This document shows positions 24,549 through 37,501 of a stretch of 64,000 nt of DNA, piece after piece. The position numbers and the translations under genes are program-made. Source of the DNA: Octopus sinensis. Its lineage: Eukaryota. Under the pieces are notes generated by a model. That model worked only from the letters and a program-made list of their open reading frames with translations. It was not told the DNA's origin and did no database searches. The first letter of the stretch is position 1, and every line of letters starts with the position of its first letter. Location: positions 24,056,001 through 24,120,000 of the forward strand of contig NC_043007.1 of assembly GCF_006345805.1 (NCBI RefSeq), given 5' to 3'.

Positions 24549-25921
24549 CAATATGGTTAAATAATACACCGCGATATGGCGAGAAATTACTGTATACCCT
24601 AGTATATACTGATGTTTGCAGACAGTTAAAAACGGTTTTGTTTTGTCCTAGCTAAACTCCAAACATACTTAATTAACTATTCACTTTAATTTTATTTATT
24701 CCTCAACGGAGAAGCGTTCAGTTTAGCCCGGGAAGCGGGATTCTAAATTCCCGAACCGCTTTCCCATAGCCCGGCAATTATGAAACAAAGTGACCTTATC
24801 AGACACTTTCTGTGGACGTTGTTAATCAAAAAAAAAAAAAAAATCCGAATAGATTTTGAACAAATCGATAAATCGAAAACGAAAGTACACAAATACTTAC
24901 TGGAATATTTGGCATTCACACAAGTTTCATTATCGAATACTTTCGGATCTTTTTTTTTTATATCATGTGTGTGTGTGGTGTACTTTACAAATGTGCCAAA
25001 GTTATCTTATAACTTATATTATATAATAACTGTGTTGTGTAGGAAAAGTCAAACCAAGCCATAATTCTAAGCAGGTCCACCTTAATTCACCTTGACTGTC
25101 GCTGATGTGGGTTTTTTTAAATCCTTCGCCAGCATACGCACTCGTAGACACTATGTAACGAAAATGAATACCTTTACAAGCGTCGTCCCCCCTCGACTTT
25201 GTTTCCTCATACGTTTCAGAAAAATAGGTATCTTTTAATGAAATTTGCTACAAATACCTTTCACATAGTGCTGACTACGATTATATAGGGATTTTGTTGT
25301 GAAGAATTTCTTTTTCGGAGGCGGTAGTTTCGGATAACTCGCACGGATTGACTTTGTTTTCCCATATCTTTCAGAAAAATCGGTATTTTTTTAATGAAAT
25401 TTCCCACAAATACCTTTCAGATGGTGTAGATTACAATCACTGGCACACATCACATATATTACAAAATGAAACTTAAACTTTTGAAAAAAAATGTGACCAT
25501 GTCAGAATTATATGGTTGGCCGCCCACCATTTTCTTCCCCCTCGCATTGTGGTGCGCCTGAGCACTGTATGCAATAATTTCATTATTATTATTATTATTA
25601 AATTTCGATGTAATCTACGCTATCTGAAAGGTGTTTGTAGAAAATTTTATTTGAAAAAGATACTCATTTTTTTATTCTGAGAGCTCTGAGGTAACAAGGT
25701 AGGATGGGGGCACGTTTGTGTAGGTATGCCTATGGTTTTGTTCATAGCCCAATCCATATGCCCGTCAATCACCAGTAACTGTATTGGCACCTGAACAATT
25801 GATGTATTGCCACTGCATTCCATATTAATTTACTTGTCTGAGCATGTTTTTTTAACATAATTCTTTCTGTTCACTCAAATAACAACCGTTTTCCTGTCTT
25901 TGGTTTCCACAATTAAAGATA

Positions 25922-26352
25922 TTGGCGATCTTTCGTCTCTAGTAGACCTTTCCGTCGATTTCCGTAAAATTTTTTTTTTTTTTTACATATGGGCTTGCGG
26001 GAACTTTTGAAGTAATGAGAGCGAAAGAGACTAAGAGAAAGCGATTGTATGACGAGGGAAGTTCTTTTGAAGTTACCGTGCATGGGAAGCATTGATGTAC
26101 ATGTGTGTGTGTGTGTTTGATGGGGTGTGGGAGACAGACAGTATGTTGTGTAAGTGAAGTGCTTTTGTTAGTGTGTGTGAAGAGACAGAGAGTAATGTGT
26201 GAAAGAGAGAGATAACTGAAATTTTTTACTCGGTGTATGTGTATATGTATGTATATTACTTCAAAAGTTCCCGCAAGCCCATATGTAAAATAAAAAAAAA
26301 ATTTTTTTACGGAAATCGACGGAAAGGTCTACTAGAGACGAAAGATCGCCAA
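25922..26352. mobile_element. MITE with about 95-bp TIRs and a 4-bp GATA target-site duplication
   Basis: TTGGCGATCTTTCGTCTCTAGTAGACC...GGTCTACTAGAGACGAAAGATCGCCAA, with GATA at 25918-25921 and 26353-26356. Confidence 0.9.
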
Positions 26353-26695
26353 GATATTTCTATCACACACCGTGGAGATTATTATCAATAAATATAACTT
26401 TGATTTAATAGTTTCCTCGTTTGTGTGTATTAATTAATATAACATTGAAGTTCCTCATTTCGTTTATTATTTTTCCTTTTAATAAATTAACCTGCAATTG
26501 TTCAGTATCTGTTCCAGATAGAAAAAGGCTGTCCTTATGTCGTTCGGTCATTCGTGAATCTTTTTATGGTCTGTGACGAAACCCTGTGCTTATGCATGTC
26601 TCTTAGAGGGGAGAATGTGTACCTACACAAACACGTATTCATCTCCTTGCCTTCATTCGTTTTGCATTTTTGTGTTACACACACATGCACATACA

Positions 26696-26765
<70 letters not shown>

Positions 26766-27753
26766 GGGTTTTTTCCTTGTGTTATTTGTCCTGTACTCTA
26801 TTTTTTTGTTGTTTAAGAAAAATGTCCAGTTCCTTGGGTAATATATTTATTACATCCGTGACCATCACGTCCTTCAAAGGACAGGATAGTCCACGCATGG
26901 AATGCTTTTGTTATGTATAGGACTACATGTCGAACATCCCACCCCTACCTCATTTAAAACACTTGGATGTGATTTGAGGGCGACTTTACTGCTATTTCCA
27001 CGAGGTCGGTCGACCAAGTTAAAGATTCCTCTCATTGATCCGACTTTTCGTTAGTCTTCAAACAGGATCGAAGTTCCAGAAAAATCTGGAATATTCAAAT
27101 TTATAGAAAACATTAAAAAAAATATCATCATTGGTTGGCGTGTCCTTTGAATGTCCTCTTCATTTATTTATTTTTTTTTCTTTTTTACAACTGACCTGTG
27201 TGTATATGTATGTGTGTGTATATATTTTTATAGATATATAGATAGATATATAAAATAACCTTCACAGTTATCTAACCTATTAGAAATTGCGTTTGAAAGC
27301 AAACACGTGTGTGTCTTTTACACCCCCTCGTGTTTATTATGTATGTATATATATATATATATATATATAGTGTATCTCTCTCTTCTCCAGCACTCTCTAA
27401 CTTCTGCTGTCCTCTTCGTTGCGTGGTTTAACTTCCTCTGCCTAATATCATCCATCATCGCTCTCTTTCTCCCTATCTGACCCTTCTCTTAGAGGGGTAG
27501 AATGTGTACCTACACACACACGTATTCATCTCCTTGCCTTCATTCGTTTTGCATTTTTGTGTTACACACACATACATATACAGTGTGTGTGTGTGGCATT
27601 TATGTGTAATAAAGCCCTCTCTATATAATATAAAAAAATATTTTCAAGTGAAAAACATTTTCAGATTTTTTTTCTCTTATGAGGTTATTCACGCTAACTA
27701 CCTGATAATTTCTTGTTAAGATTTCTTATTAAGATTTTATCCTTAATTGTTAA

Positions 27754-27790
<37 letters not shown>

Positions 27791-28359
27791 TAGGTAACAC
27801 ACTCCCATTCATCCACGTGCTCGAAATCTGGCATTTTTATAGAATAAAGTTGGAAATTATCTAATGGTCCGAAAACTGTAATTCTTCGGATGTGTATGTT
27901 GTTAGGGCCGTAGATTACGATTCAGAAAAGAATATACAAATAATGATAATAATAATATTAAAATTGAAATTATGTTACGCATATGATCGAAATATAAACA
28001 TAAAAATATCGGGCCAAAATATCTTCAAAAGTAGGTCGAAACTAAAAAAAAATTACAAAAGCGAAGGAGAGAAAAACCACACACACACACACCACTTTTT
28101 TCTTTATTTCTTTGTAAAATCATAATCTACGACGTTTGATTTTGAGCCCTAAATAATCTTCATCTGTATCCTGTATGAATAATACTCAAAAATCCCGTTA
28201 TCCAGCTCCACATCGCCTCTTCCCAGCCTTGAAATGTCCGAATCCTGTGTTTGACAGCACAAGGCTAGTTCACCGTCCTGTTGTATAATTTTCTTGCTTC
28301 CGTCCTGTATTCCGAGACATGAAGAAAGATTTATAGCCGCTATTTTGCCCACACTTTCA

Positions 28360-28655
28360 TACATACAAACACGTACGCAACACGCATAGACATAACACAA
28401 TACACACGCGCGTACACTCACTTATACTGTGTAACTGTGACGCACTAACATTTCTAATACTGTATTCCATGTGATGAAATCTGCTACAGTCGTCGGCCAC
28501 TCCCCGCCGCCGTCTTCCTCTTCCTAGTCGTAGCCCATCCATCTCGTCTGTCCGACAGAAGCGAAAGCAAAAAAGTGAACGGCTGTTTAGAAGAAAGTGA
28601 AAGCTGAGCAAAGTGAAAGAGTTGTTTTTGATAATTTTGCTTTATACAAAGGTTA
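28360..28655. promoter_or_regulatory. CpG-island-like segment in ADSS intron 1; putative internal or bidirectional promoter / first exon
   Basis: Non-repeat CpG/GC-rich stretch (gtcgtcggccactccccgccgccgtc...). GTGAGT donor on the - strand at 28421. CpG content appears to fall to its right. Confidence 0.5.
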
Positions 28656-29140
28656 AATGATAAATTGATATTCATTTCTTAGTGTATATAACCACTAACA
28701 TTTCTGATATATATCCAGTTGAGAGCAAAGTTTTCTATATACCCTTCGTTGTACTCTTCTTCTCCAGTCTGGACCCTAAGCATACCATTTGCCATAATGT
28801 ATAAGTTTCATTATATATATATAATCAAAGTAAGCAACAAGAATATCTCCGGTTACTTTGATTATAATCACCCCATGGATTTATATGGATAACACCGTAC
28901 AAAATTCTGGTGCATCTGACTTAAGTACCATATTCATTTGAATCTAAATTTTGCTGAACTTATATATATATATATATAGGCGCAGGAGTAGCTGTCTGGT
29001 AAGTGGGTTGCTTACCAACCACATGGTTCCAGGTTCAGTCCCACTGTGTGGCAACTTGGGCAAGTGTCTTCTACTCTAGCCTCAAGCCAACTAAAGCCTT
29101 GTGAGTGGATTTGGTAGACAGAAACTGAAAGAAGCCTGTT

Positions 29141-29173
<33 letters not shown>

Positions 29174-29689
29174 CATGTGTGTGTGTGTGTATGTATATGT
29201 TTGTGTCTGTGTTTGTCCCCACAACATCGCTTGACAACTGATACTGGTGTGTTTACGTCCCCGTCACTTAGCAGTTCGGCAAGAGAGACTGATAGAATGA
29301 GTACTAGGCTTACAAAGAATAAGTCCAGGGGTAGATTTGCTCGACTAAAGGCAGTGCTCCAGCATGGCCGCAGTCAAATGACTGAAACAAATAAAAGAAA
29401 AATATATATATATATATAGCAAATGAAAGACACAAGATGGAATATAAGAGAATTTATTGTTAACCACGACAATTGTTTCGACACATTCCTCTTGGGTGGG
29501 ACACTCAACAACTGGTTCAGGAGCATCCGGTGGTGTAGATGTATCTCCTCGGGTGATAAATAAATACAACTCGTTAAAATGACTGTTCCGCCGTGTAACT
29601 TTCCGTTTTGTAGAGAGAAAAGCAGCCAGACGGAGAAAAATATTTTCATTTATACAGAATAATCCCATGGATTATTATGTGTGTGGGGT

Positions 29690-29830
29690 CCAGTTAAGAA
29701 AGACACCAACCACAAGATGGCATTCGAAGATCTTCCTAAGGACATAGTGTGGAACACATGCACCAGGTTCTGGAACCATCTTCAAGGTCATGGTGGAAGT
29801 GAGGGCAACTATAGATCATTCAATGAATAT
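29690..29830 (+). mobile_element. Tc1/maT-type transposase C-terminal remnant
   Basis: LPKDIVWNTCTRFWNHLQ...EGNY resembles the end of DD37D/Tc1 transposases. Confidence 0.45.
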
Positions 29831-31361
29831 TAATTTTTCATTTTACTCAATGTAATATACCTTATTTGATGCTATGTAAAATGTACATTTTTTATAAAAA
29901 AAAAATCTCAAAAACTCTGCTCCAGTTCTTTTCTGTGACGTTGGGCATTCCACACTGTGTGATAACTCGTCAACTCAGCAGTACATCTTGGCTCTTCTGT
30001 AATTGGCAAAAAGGCTTGACGAATAATTATTTATAATTATGAATAATTTGGAGTTGTGTCATTAGCATAAAGTGAAAAATAAAAGAACAAAGGAATTTTC
30101 GATATGCTACATTAAATATGATTGGCTCTATTTCACAACTTTACAATTCTCTCTCACAATAAAATACTGTGTCTCTGTTACTCCTTTCATCATGTGAGCC
30201 CCAAAAAACCAACCCCCAGTGACCTGTTGACATATATTTTGTTGGGGGGCTTATGTTAACCCTTTAGTATTTAAACCGGCCATATTCAGCCCAAATATTC
30301 TTGTTCAAACTGGCCAGATCCAGCCTTTCACACCCTTGTTACAATGTCATTCTGAAAATAATCACATCAATTATCAACATCTCAAAGCTATAAGATAATG
30401 CTTAATTTATTCTACAAAATGTGAATAAATAATCATGACATTTGACAGAACAATCTGAATGCTGAAAGGTTAAAGTAGTGAACTGACAAAATTGTTAGAG
30501 TGCCAGATTGCCTTGTGGTTTTTGCTCTCTAGATGCAAAAAATCACTGAGATCAACTTTGCCTTTTTGTCTTCCCTGGGTTGGTAAAGCACCAGTCTTGT
30601 ACTAGGATTCATTCTCCTCCCTCTGGAAGAAATTGGCCCCTGGTGAGAAAAGGGCTTCAGTAGGTCTGTCTTTCAATTGGGGTTCATATGGCCCTTGGGA
30701 GTCCATATAAAATTTATGTGCAATGAATTGGTTTTACAATACATAAAATATTAAATTTTTTTAATACAATACTTAATACTACGTAATTATAAAAATATAA
30801 TGGGATTTTTTAAACGTCAAATAGCTATGGAGGTCCAGTAGGGTTAAATAGGAATCAAAGTGGTCCACAGGCAAAAAAGTGGTTGGAACCCACTAGTCTA
30901 AGACATAAGAGTAACACCATCAGAAGTTGAGCCTAATGCCATATATGTTTGTTTGAATGTGTATGTGTGTAAGGTTAAAGACAGTTCATCCAAACAGCAG
31001 ATCCATTCAGTTGGATTTTTTTTTATCAACTGTGTACATCGTTGAGTCTAGAAGGAAAAATCCTGTGATATCTATAGACAATCAAAGAGAACCGATTGAT
31101 CAAAACCTTGATTAGAATGTAATCCTGTCTGTCTTGTGTCTAAATAAATACGTACATTGATTTTTGTTGCTAACATGTTGGTGTGATTGTATGTTTAAGT
31201 GTGAGAGAAGTGACAATCATTTGAACTTAGTACATTTATAAGCTGACAAACCCTGTAACAGCAAACTGCATTGATTAAAAGTAAACAAAAATCTAGCACA
31301 CTTCAGTAGTATTCAATGGGAAATGCAGTTATCATACATACCTGATTGTGTGTGTATGCAT

Positions 31362-31680
31362 ACAAGGTGCAGTGAATATATTTTCAAAATCATGCAAAAA
31401 TGAAAACAACACTGACATTTCATTTTAACAGATATATTTACCAAAGTTGCATAAGCATATCTTGAAATACTAAAGAGTAAATTTATTCAATAAAATCGCC
31501 ATTGGCTTCAACTATGGCCTCCAGACTCTTCTGGACAGTCTCCTTGTTTAAGGTGGTGAATGCTGCCATAATCCTTGCCTTCAGTTCATCTTTGGTGTTA
31601 TAAGGAGTTTTGTTGGTCTCTCGCTCTACTGCACCCCACACATAATCAAGTGGGTTGCAGTCTGGGGAATATATATATAT
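31362..31680 (-). mobile_element. maT (DD37D)/Tc1-type transposase C-terminus plus end
   Basis: YSPDCNPLDYVWGAVERETNKTPYNTKDELKARI...VEANGDFIE*, with a TIR-like TA|CAAGGTGCAG end near 31362. Confidence 0.8.
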
Positions 31681-31699
31681 ATTATGTACATACACAAAA

Positions 31700-31898
31700 T
31701 ATATATGTATGCATATTAATATTTTTACAGTATATCAGGTTGAGTGAGAAGTAAGCAATGTTTTGAACCATGAATTTGTACAAGATTTTTACAGAGTTTT
31801 GAATTTTTTTTAAAACATTTTTTTGCAATTGTCTCATAATATAGAGTATGTTTTTGCTGAATAAAATTTGTTGAAAAAAAGCTGCAATAATTATGCAC
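31700..31898 (-). mobile_element. Hsmar1-like mariner 5' end
   Basis: Reverse complement TA|TTGGGTTGGTGCATAATTATTGCAGCTTTTT resembles the Hsmar1-type TIR. Confidence 0.6.
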
Positions 31899-34800
31899 CA
31901 ACCCAATATATGTGTGTGTGTGTCTAGCATGGAAAACGGACATTCAATGATGATGATGATATATATAATGTATGTATGATGTGTGCATGCATAAACAAGA
32001 ATTTCTTTTGTGAAATTCATCAACCCAGTGGGGTAGCTTTACAAGATTGCAGCACTGCAGTGTCTCAAAGTCCTTTTATGCTGGTGAATCACATGAATTA
32101 TGAACATATATCCTGTAAAGAGAAGAGGTGTCCTCCAGTGACAAACAACAGCAATAAAATATTCATGGTTAAACTTATCAGAACATGTTAAGAATGAAGA
32201 GTTACACTATTGTTTGGATTTTTGCTCTTCTGCTTGCAACCCATAAATTATTGTATTTTAGTTCCAAGATACAGCCCACGGACGCTCTAGAATGCTTCAT
32301 CACTTAGGTTTCTGGGATCTCAGTGGTTTCAGGTCTTTCAACATTAGACCCACTCAGCCTACATTGATCAAGACCCTGCTTGAATCCTAGTTGCTGCAAA
32401 CCACTGGGTCTGCCTGGAATCTTTGATCCTCTTATTTATTTATCTTTTTTCTTTTTGATTGGCCATAAGTAGCTGCGGGCTGGACAAGGACATTAATGTG
32501 ATGAGGACGATAACGATAAAAATGAATAAAAATGGGAGGGGCACTGGTGCCCGCTGACCGATAACTCCTCGAAAACACTGTTCAATTTAAAATCAAGAAA
32601 AATTAATATACAGTAATTAGATACAAGTATAAAAATTCCCAAAAACAAAAATTCGTTTTCCATTCATCTTCCTTGTCCGGGCCCCTAAGTAAGTTTCCTG
32701 CTGCCTGCAGGAAAGCCTGCATTGGCAGGCCCAGACGAAGGGACACAAAATCTTCATTATTACAGGTCCTCCTCACCTCAATTAGTTCTTCTTGGGTGAT
32801 GGCCTCCGTAGCCACCTGCGGAGGCCAACATGGATCGTCTATACAGACCGAGTCGTATCATTCTCGGTCTAAAAGACTATCTGTGATCCTCTTATTTGCT
32901 GCACCAATAACTCCAAGCCCAGTTGGAGCCATATATAAAAGAAAACTTGAATAAATCAAGGTATTTTACAACTGCTAAACACTGATTTCAGATGTTGGCC
33001 CAAAGCCAGCAATTTTGGGGGAGTGTTCAACTGGTACTTATTTTATTGACCCCAAAAGGATGAAAGGCAAAATTGATCCCTGCAGCAGTTGGACTCGGAA
33101 CATAAAGTCAGAAGAATGCTGCTAAGCATTTTTCCTGGTGTGGTGATGATTCTGCCAGCATGCTACCTTAAATAGTTTCAAATTTTGGCACAAGGCCAGC
33201 AATTTCAAGGGAGAGGATAAGTCAACATCAACCTCAGTGCTCAACATGTACGTACTTCATCGACCCCAAAAAGATGAAAGGCAAAGTCGACCTCGGCGGA
33301 ATTCGAACTCGGAACACAAAGACGGATGAAATGCTGTTAAGCATTTTGCCCGGCATATTAATGATTCTGCCAGCTTGCTGCCTACACGACTGCTGAATAT
33401 TAGAGTATGTTTTACTTTATGCTTTCATTCAAACAATACAGTTTGTTTCACTTTGCCAACTTGTATGTCGTGATCATCGTCGTCATGTATGTCTGCACCA
33501 CATAATATGTACAAAGTTTGGAAGATCTTAACAATTTCCTTTAATCAGCCCTGTAATCCTTGATTATCTCATCCTTAAAACACAAGGTATTGAGTACTTT
33601 TATGGGTTTTTTTTTTATATCACAATAAATAAAAACCTAGTACAAATGCATATTACATAGATATTTAGATTATCAAAATACAGAACAAATTATGTCGTGG
33701 GAATTGTATTTTTTTTTTTTTAGTATTTTTGTCACCAAAACTTCAGATATGCTAGGTTTTTGTGTTTTTTACTTTGTGTGTTTTCCTTTGCTTTTTATCT
33801 TTTGTGTTGATATATAAAGCTTATTTATCAATGACTCCTTCTGCTACTCCACCTCTTTATATAGATAATTTCCCATTTTTTTCTCACCATACTATTATAT
33901 CACCAGTTTCAACTGGAGGTCAACATAGTTTCATACATCTTGTTTTGCTAGTTTTTTTTTTGTGTTTTTTAAGAACTCTTGAGAACTCTTCTAGATAACT
34001 TTTGGGGGTTTCTTCTCCTTATCTGACCTCTTCATTGATCTCAAATATCAAAGGAACTTCTTCACTTTAGAGATTTATTTTTGATTAGTTGTTTTGTAAT
34101 AAGATTACATGTAATTTTTTTTTTTTAGTTTCCAGGTTATTAACCTTCCTTTTTAGATATGAAACATAAAGTTGGTGGCTTTGGATTAGTTTCATCTCAG
34201 ATCTTCATTGTGTATCTTATTTGTAAATGTGTTCATCATACCAGGCTTAATTTGAACTGAGATCCTCTATTTCCAAACTAAAGGTAATAATACCAGGCCA
34301 ATTATCCCAGCTTATGTCCATCATGGGGTAATGTGTGCATCCAGGAATAAGATACTTGATGGATGCCCTCTTAGACTTGTGGAGCCAATGTCCTCATTCT
34401 CTTAGACTTACGTAGTTCATGTCCATGCCTTCTCAAAGATCAAAACACAACAGAAATATTGGCATCAAATTTTGGCACAAGGCCAGCAATTTTGGGGAGG
34501 CTAGTCGATTATATTGGTTCTCTTCCTCCCAGTACTCAATTGGTACTCATTTTATCAATCCTGGAAAGATGAGGGGCAAAAATCTACCCCAGTGGCATTT
34601 GAGCACAGAATGTAAAGTCAGAAGACTTGTCCCTAATCATTCTGACAGACATGGTGACGCTTCTGCTAACTTGTTGCCTTACAGCATAGAAATCTCTCTT
34701 TTACTTGTTTCAGTCATTTGACTGCAGCCATGTTAGAACACCACCTTTAGTCGAGCAAATTGACCTCAGGACTTAATCTTTGTAAGCCTAGTACTTATTC

Positions 34801-37462
34801 TATTGGTCTCTTTTGCCGAACTGCTAAGTTACAGGGACGTAAACACACCAGCATTGGTTGTCAAGCGATGTTGAAGGGACAAACACACACACACATATAT
34901 ACATATATACAACGGGCTTCTTTCAGTTTCCGTCTACCAAATCTACTCACAAGGCTTTGGTCGGCTCGAGGCTATAGTAGAAGACACTTGCCCAAGGTGC
35001 CACGCAGTGGGACTGAACCCGAAACCATGTGGTTGGTAAGCAAGCTACTTACCACACAGCCACTCCTACACCTATTGAGAAACATTTCGTATCTGAAGCT
35101 GAGGTTAATAGTTTAAAAAATTTTAAGTCTAAGTAATTGGTTATTGAAATGAACTTTTCATTGAGTTCCCTTCTGTGCCATCACTGATTGTTAGAAGGTT
35201 TAATGTCCAGCCTGTCAGACTGGTAAGGAAGTAATGTCCACTCTCACAGACTTGTATAGTCACTGACCATGGCCTCTTAGACTAGATTCGTGGAGCCAGT
35301 GTTCTGCGGGTAAATAAAATAAGTAACAGCCGAACACTGAGATTTAGATGAATGGCTTCCATCTCCCGCTGAAGATTTCTGGCCCTGTGTCAAAAAAATT
35401 ATAAAGAATTATTATGATGATGATGATGATGATGATAATTATGAGAAATAGGTTTTTAACTTCATTATTAATATAAACAAAAATCTATTTACAGCCCCCC
35501 TCCCTCCCTCACCCCAAACTAACAAACAAAACCAAAACCAAATTTCCTGCAGATTAACTCAGCGTGGAATTAGATTTTTTCTGTTTTTGAGCATGAGAAA
35601 AACAACAAAAGTAAACAAGAAAAAGTGAACCAAAAAAAAAAAAAACCCAATTCCCCGTCACCACCACTACCACCAAATACTTTTCTCACCCAGCTGGAAT
35701 TTGTTAATTACCTCTCCTCCCATTTCTCTAATTTCAAAATTATATATATAATTATATACCATCTGTTATTATAAAATCGAGGATGTTGCTTGTGAAGGCA
35801 CAGGAGTTAGTGTTCATCTAGCGGTTGTAGGTTCAATCCTAGATGAAGCTTTGTCTTATAGGACCCCACCTTTCAGTCATAAAAATGACCGAGGGATTGC
35901 ACCTAGAAAGTTACCTTCTGAGGCACAACTCCAGGCAAGGCTGACAATGGAAGACCAGCAGTCACCCATGAACACCACCCTTCCTTCTCCATGCCAATGA
36001 TGTTAACCAAGGGAAAGGCAAAGGCCGATACCAGGGAAGAGATGACAGAGTTGAGACAATCATGGAAATATATACTGTAAGATACACCAAATTAATTTGC
36101 TTCTTTGGAAAACATATAAACAGATTATTGCCTCCGCCTTAGCGGGTGAGTGAACTGGAGCAACATGAAATAAAGTGTCTTGCTCAAGAACACAACACAC
36201 AGCTCAGTTCTGGAATCGAACTCACTACCTCATGATTGTGAGCCCACTGCTCTAACAACTGAGCCATGCGCCTTCTCTCTCTCTCTCTCTCTTTATATCA
36301 TCATCATCATTTAATGTCCGCTCTCCATGCTGGCATGGGTTGGACGGTTCAACTGGGGTCTGGGAAGCCAGAAGGCTGCACCAGGCCCAGTCTGATCTGG
36401 CAGTGTTTCTACAGGTGGATGCCCTTCCTTACGCCAACCACTCCATGAGTTTAGTGGGTGCTTTTTACGTGCCACTGGCACAGCCAGACGAGGCTGGCAA
36501 ACGGTCATGATCGGATAGTGCTTTTTATGTGCCACCGGCACGGGGACCAGACGAAGCTGGCAATGGCCACGGTCGGATGGTGCTTTTTACGTGACACACA
36601 CACACACACACACACACAGATGGCCTTGTATACGTGTGTGCGGATAGATAAATACATAATGGGCTTCCACACAGTTTCTGTCTACCTAATTCTGCCACAA
36701 GCCATTGGTTGACCCAGGGTTATAGAGGAAGACACATGCTCAAAGATGCTGAGCAGTGGGACTGAACCAGAAACCCCAACATTGCAAAGTGAGCTTCTTA
36801 AAACCACAGCCGCAAAATAACCTTCTTAACATGTCCATGTCCTTATGTAACATCTGCGCAGCACAGAATCATAAGTTGATCCCAAATGATCCTGTAAGCT
36901 ATTTACAGTCCAAGCTGGCCAGACCAGCCATGCTGGCTGTTGACTACGACTGTTGACAGCCCATGTATTAGATTTTGCGGTGGAATCAGTGTTGCTATAG
37001 GGCCAGTTGTTATGGGAGAAAACAAATCTGGTGTTTGCAGTGAAAGCTGTAATAGAGTGGGGCGTGTGCAGCTTAGCTCACTTATCAAGACTGGATGTTT
37101 GACAAGTGGTTTTGCAGCTTATAGGAGATTTCAGTTAGTGAACAGCCAAGTTGCACCTGCAGACGTTTGGTAAACTGCTGGACAATGTCTTACTATGGTT
37201 TACTATGGCTGTAAAGGGAAATATATATATATATAGCATAATCAATATGTGTATGTGTGTGTGTAAAACTGATGATGGTTGGTGATAAAAGGGACCAGAT
37301 GCCTTTCCCATTGCCAAAGCTAAACTGTGATGGCATGGTGAAATGGACATTGAATAAATGAGCTTATATTTGTGCATATATTTATTCATGTGTCCATATG
37401 TGTGTGTGTGTGCCTGTGTGTATGCATATACTTATGTTTATATGTATCTACATGTATGTGCA

Positions 37463-37501
<39 letters not shown>

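Noticed and set aside
32499-32556. C/D snoRNA (GTGATGA ... CTGA)
   Set aside because: No terminal stem and no recognisable rRNA-antisense element.
36909-37168. 260-nt open frame between tttacag| and TG|gtaaac
   Set aside because: Phase 2/2 does not fit ADSS intron 1, the donor is weak and the peptide is unrecognisable; left unclaimed.
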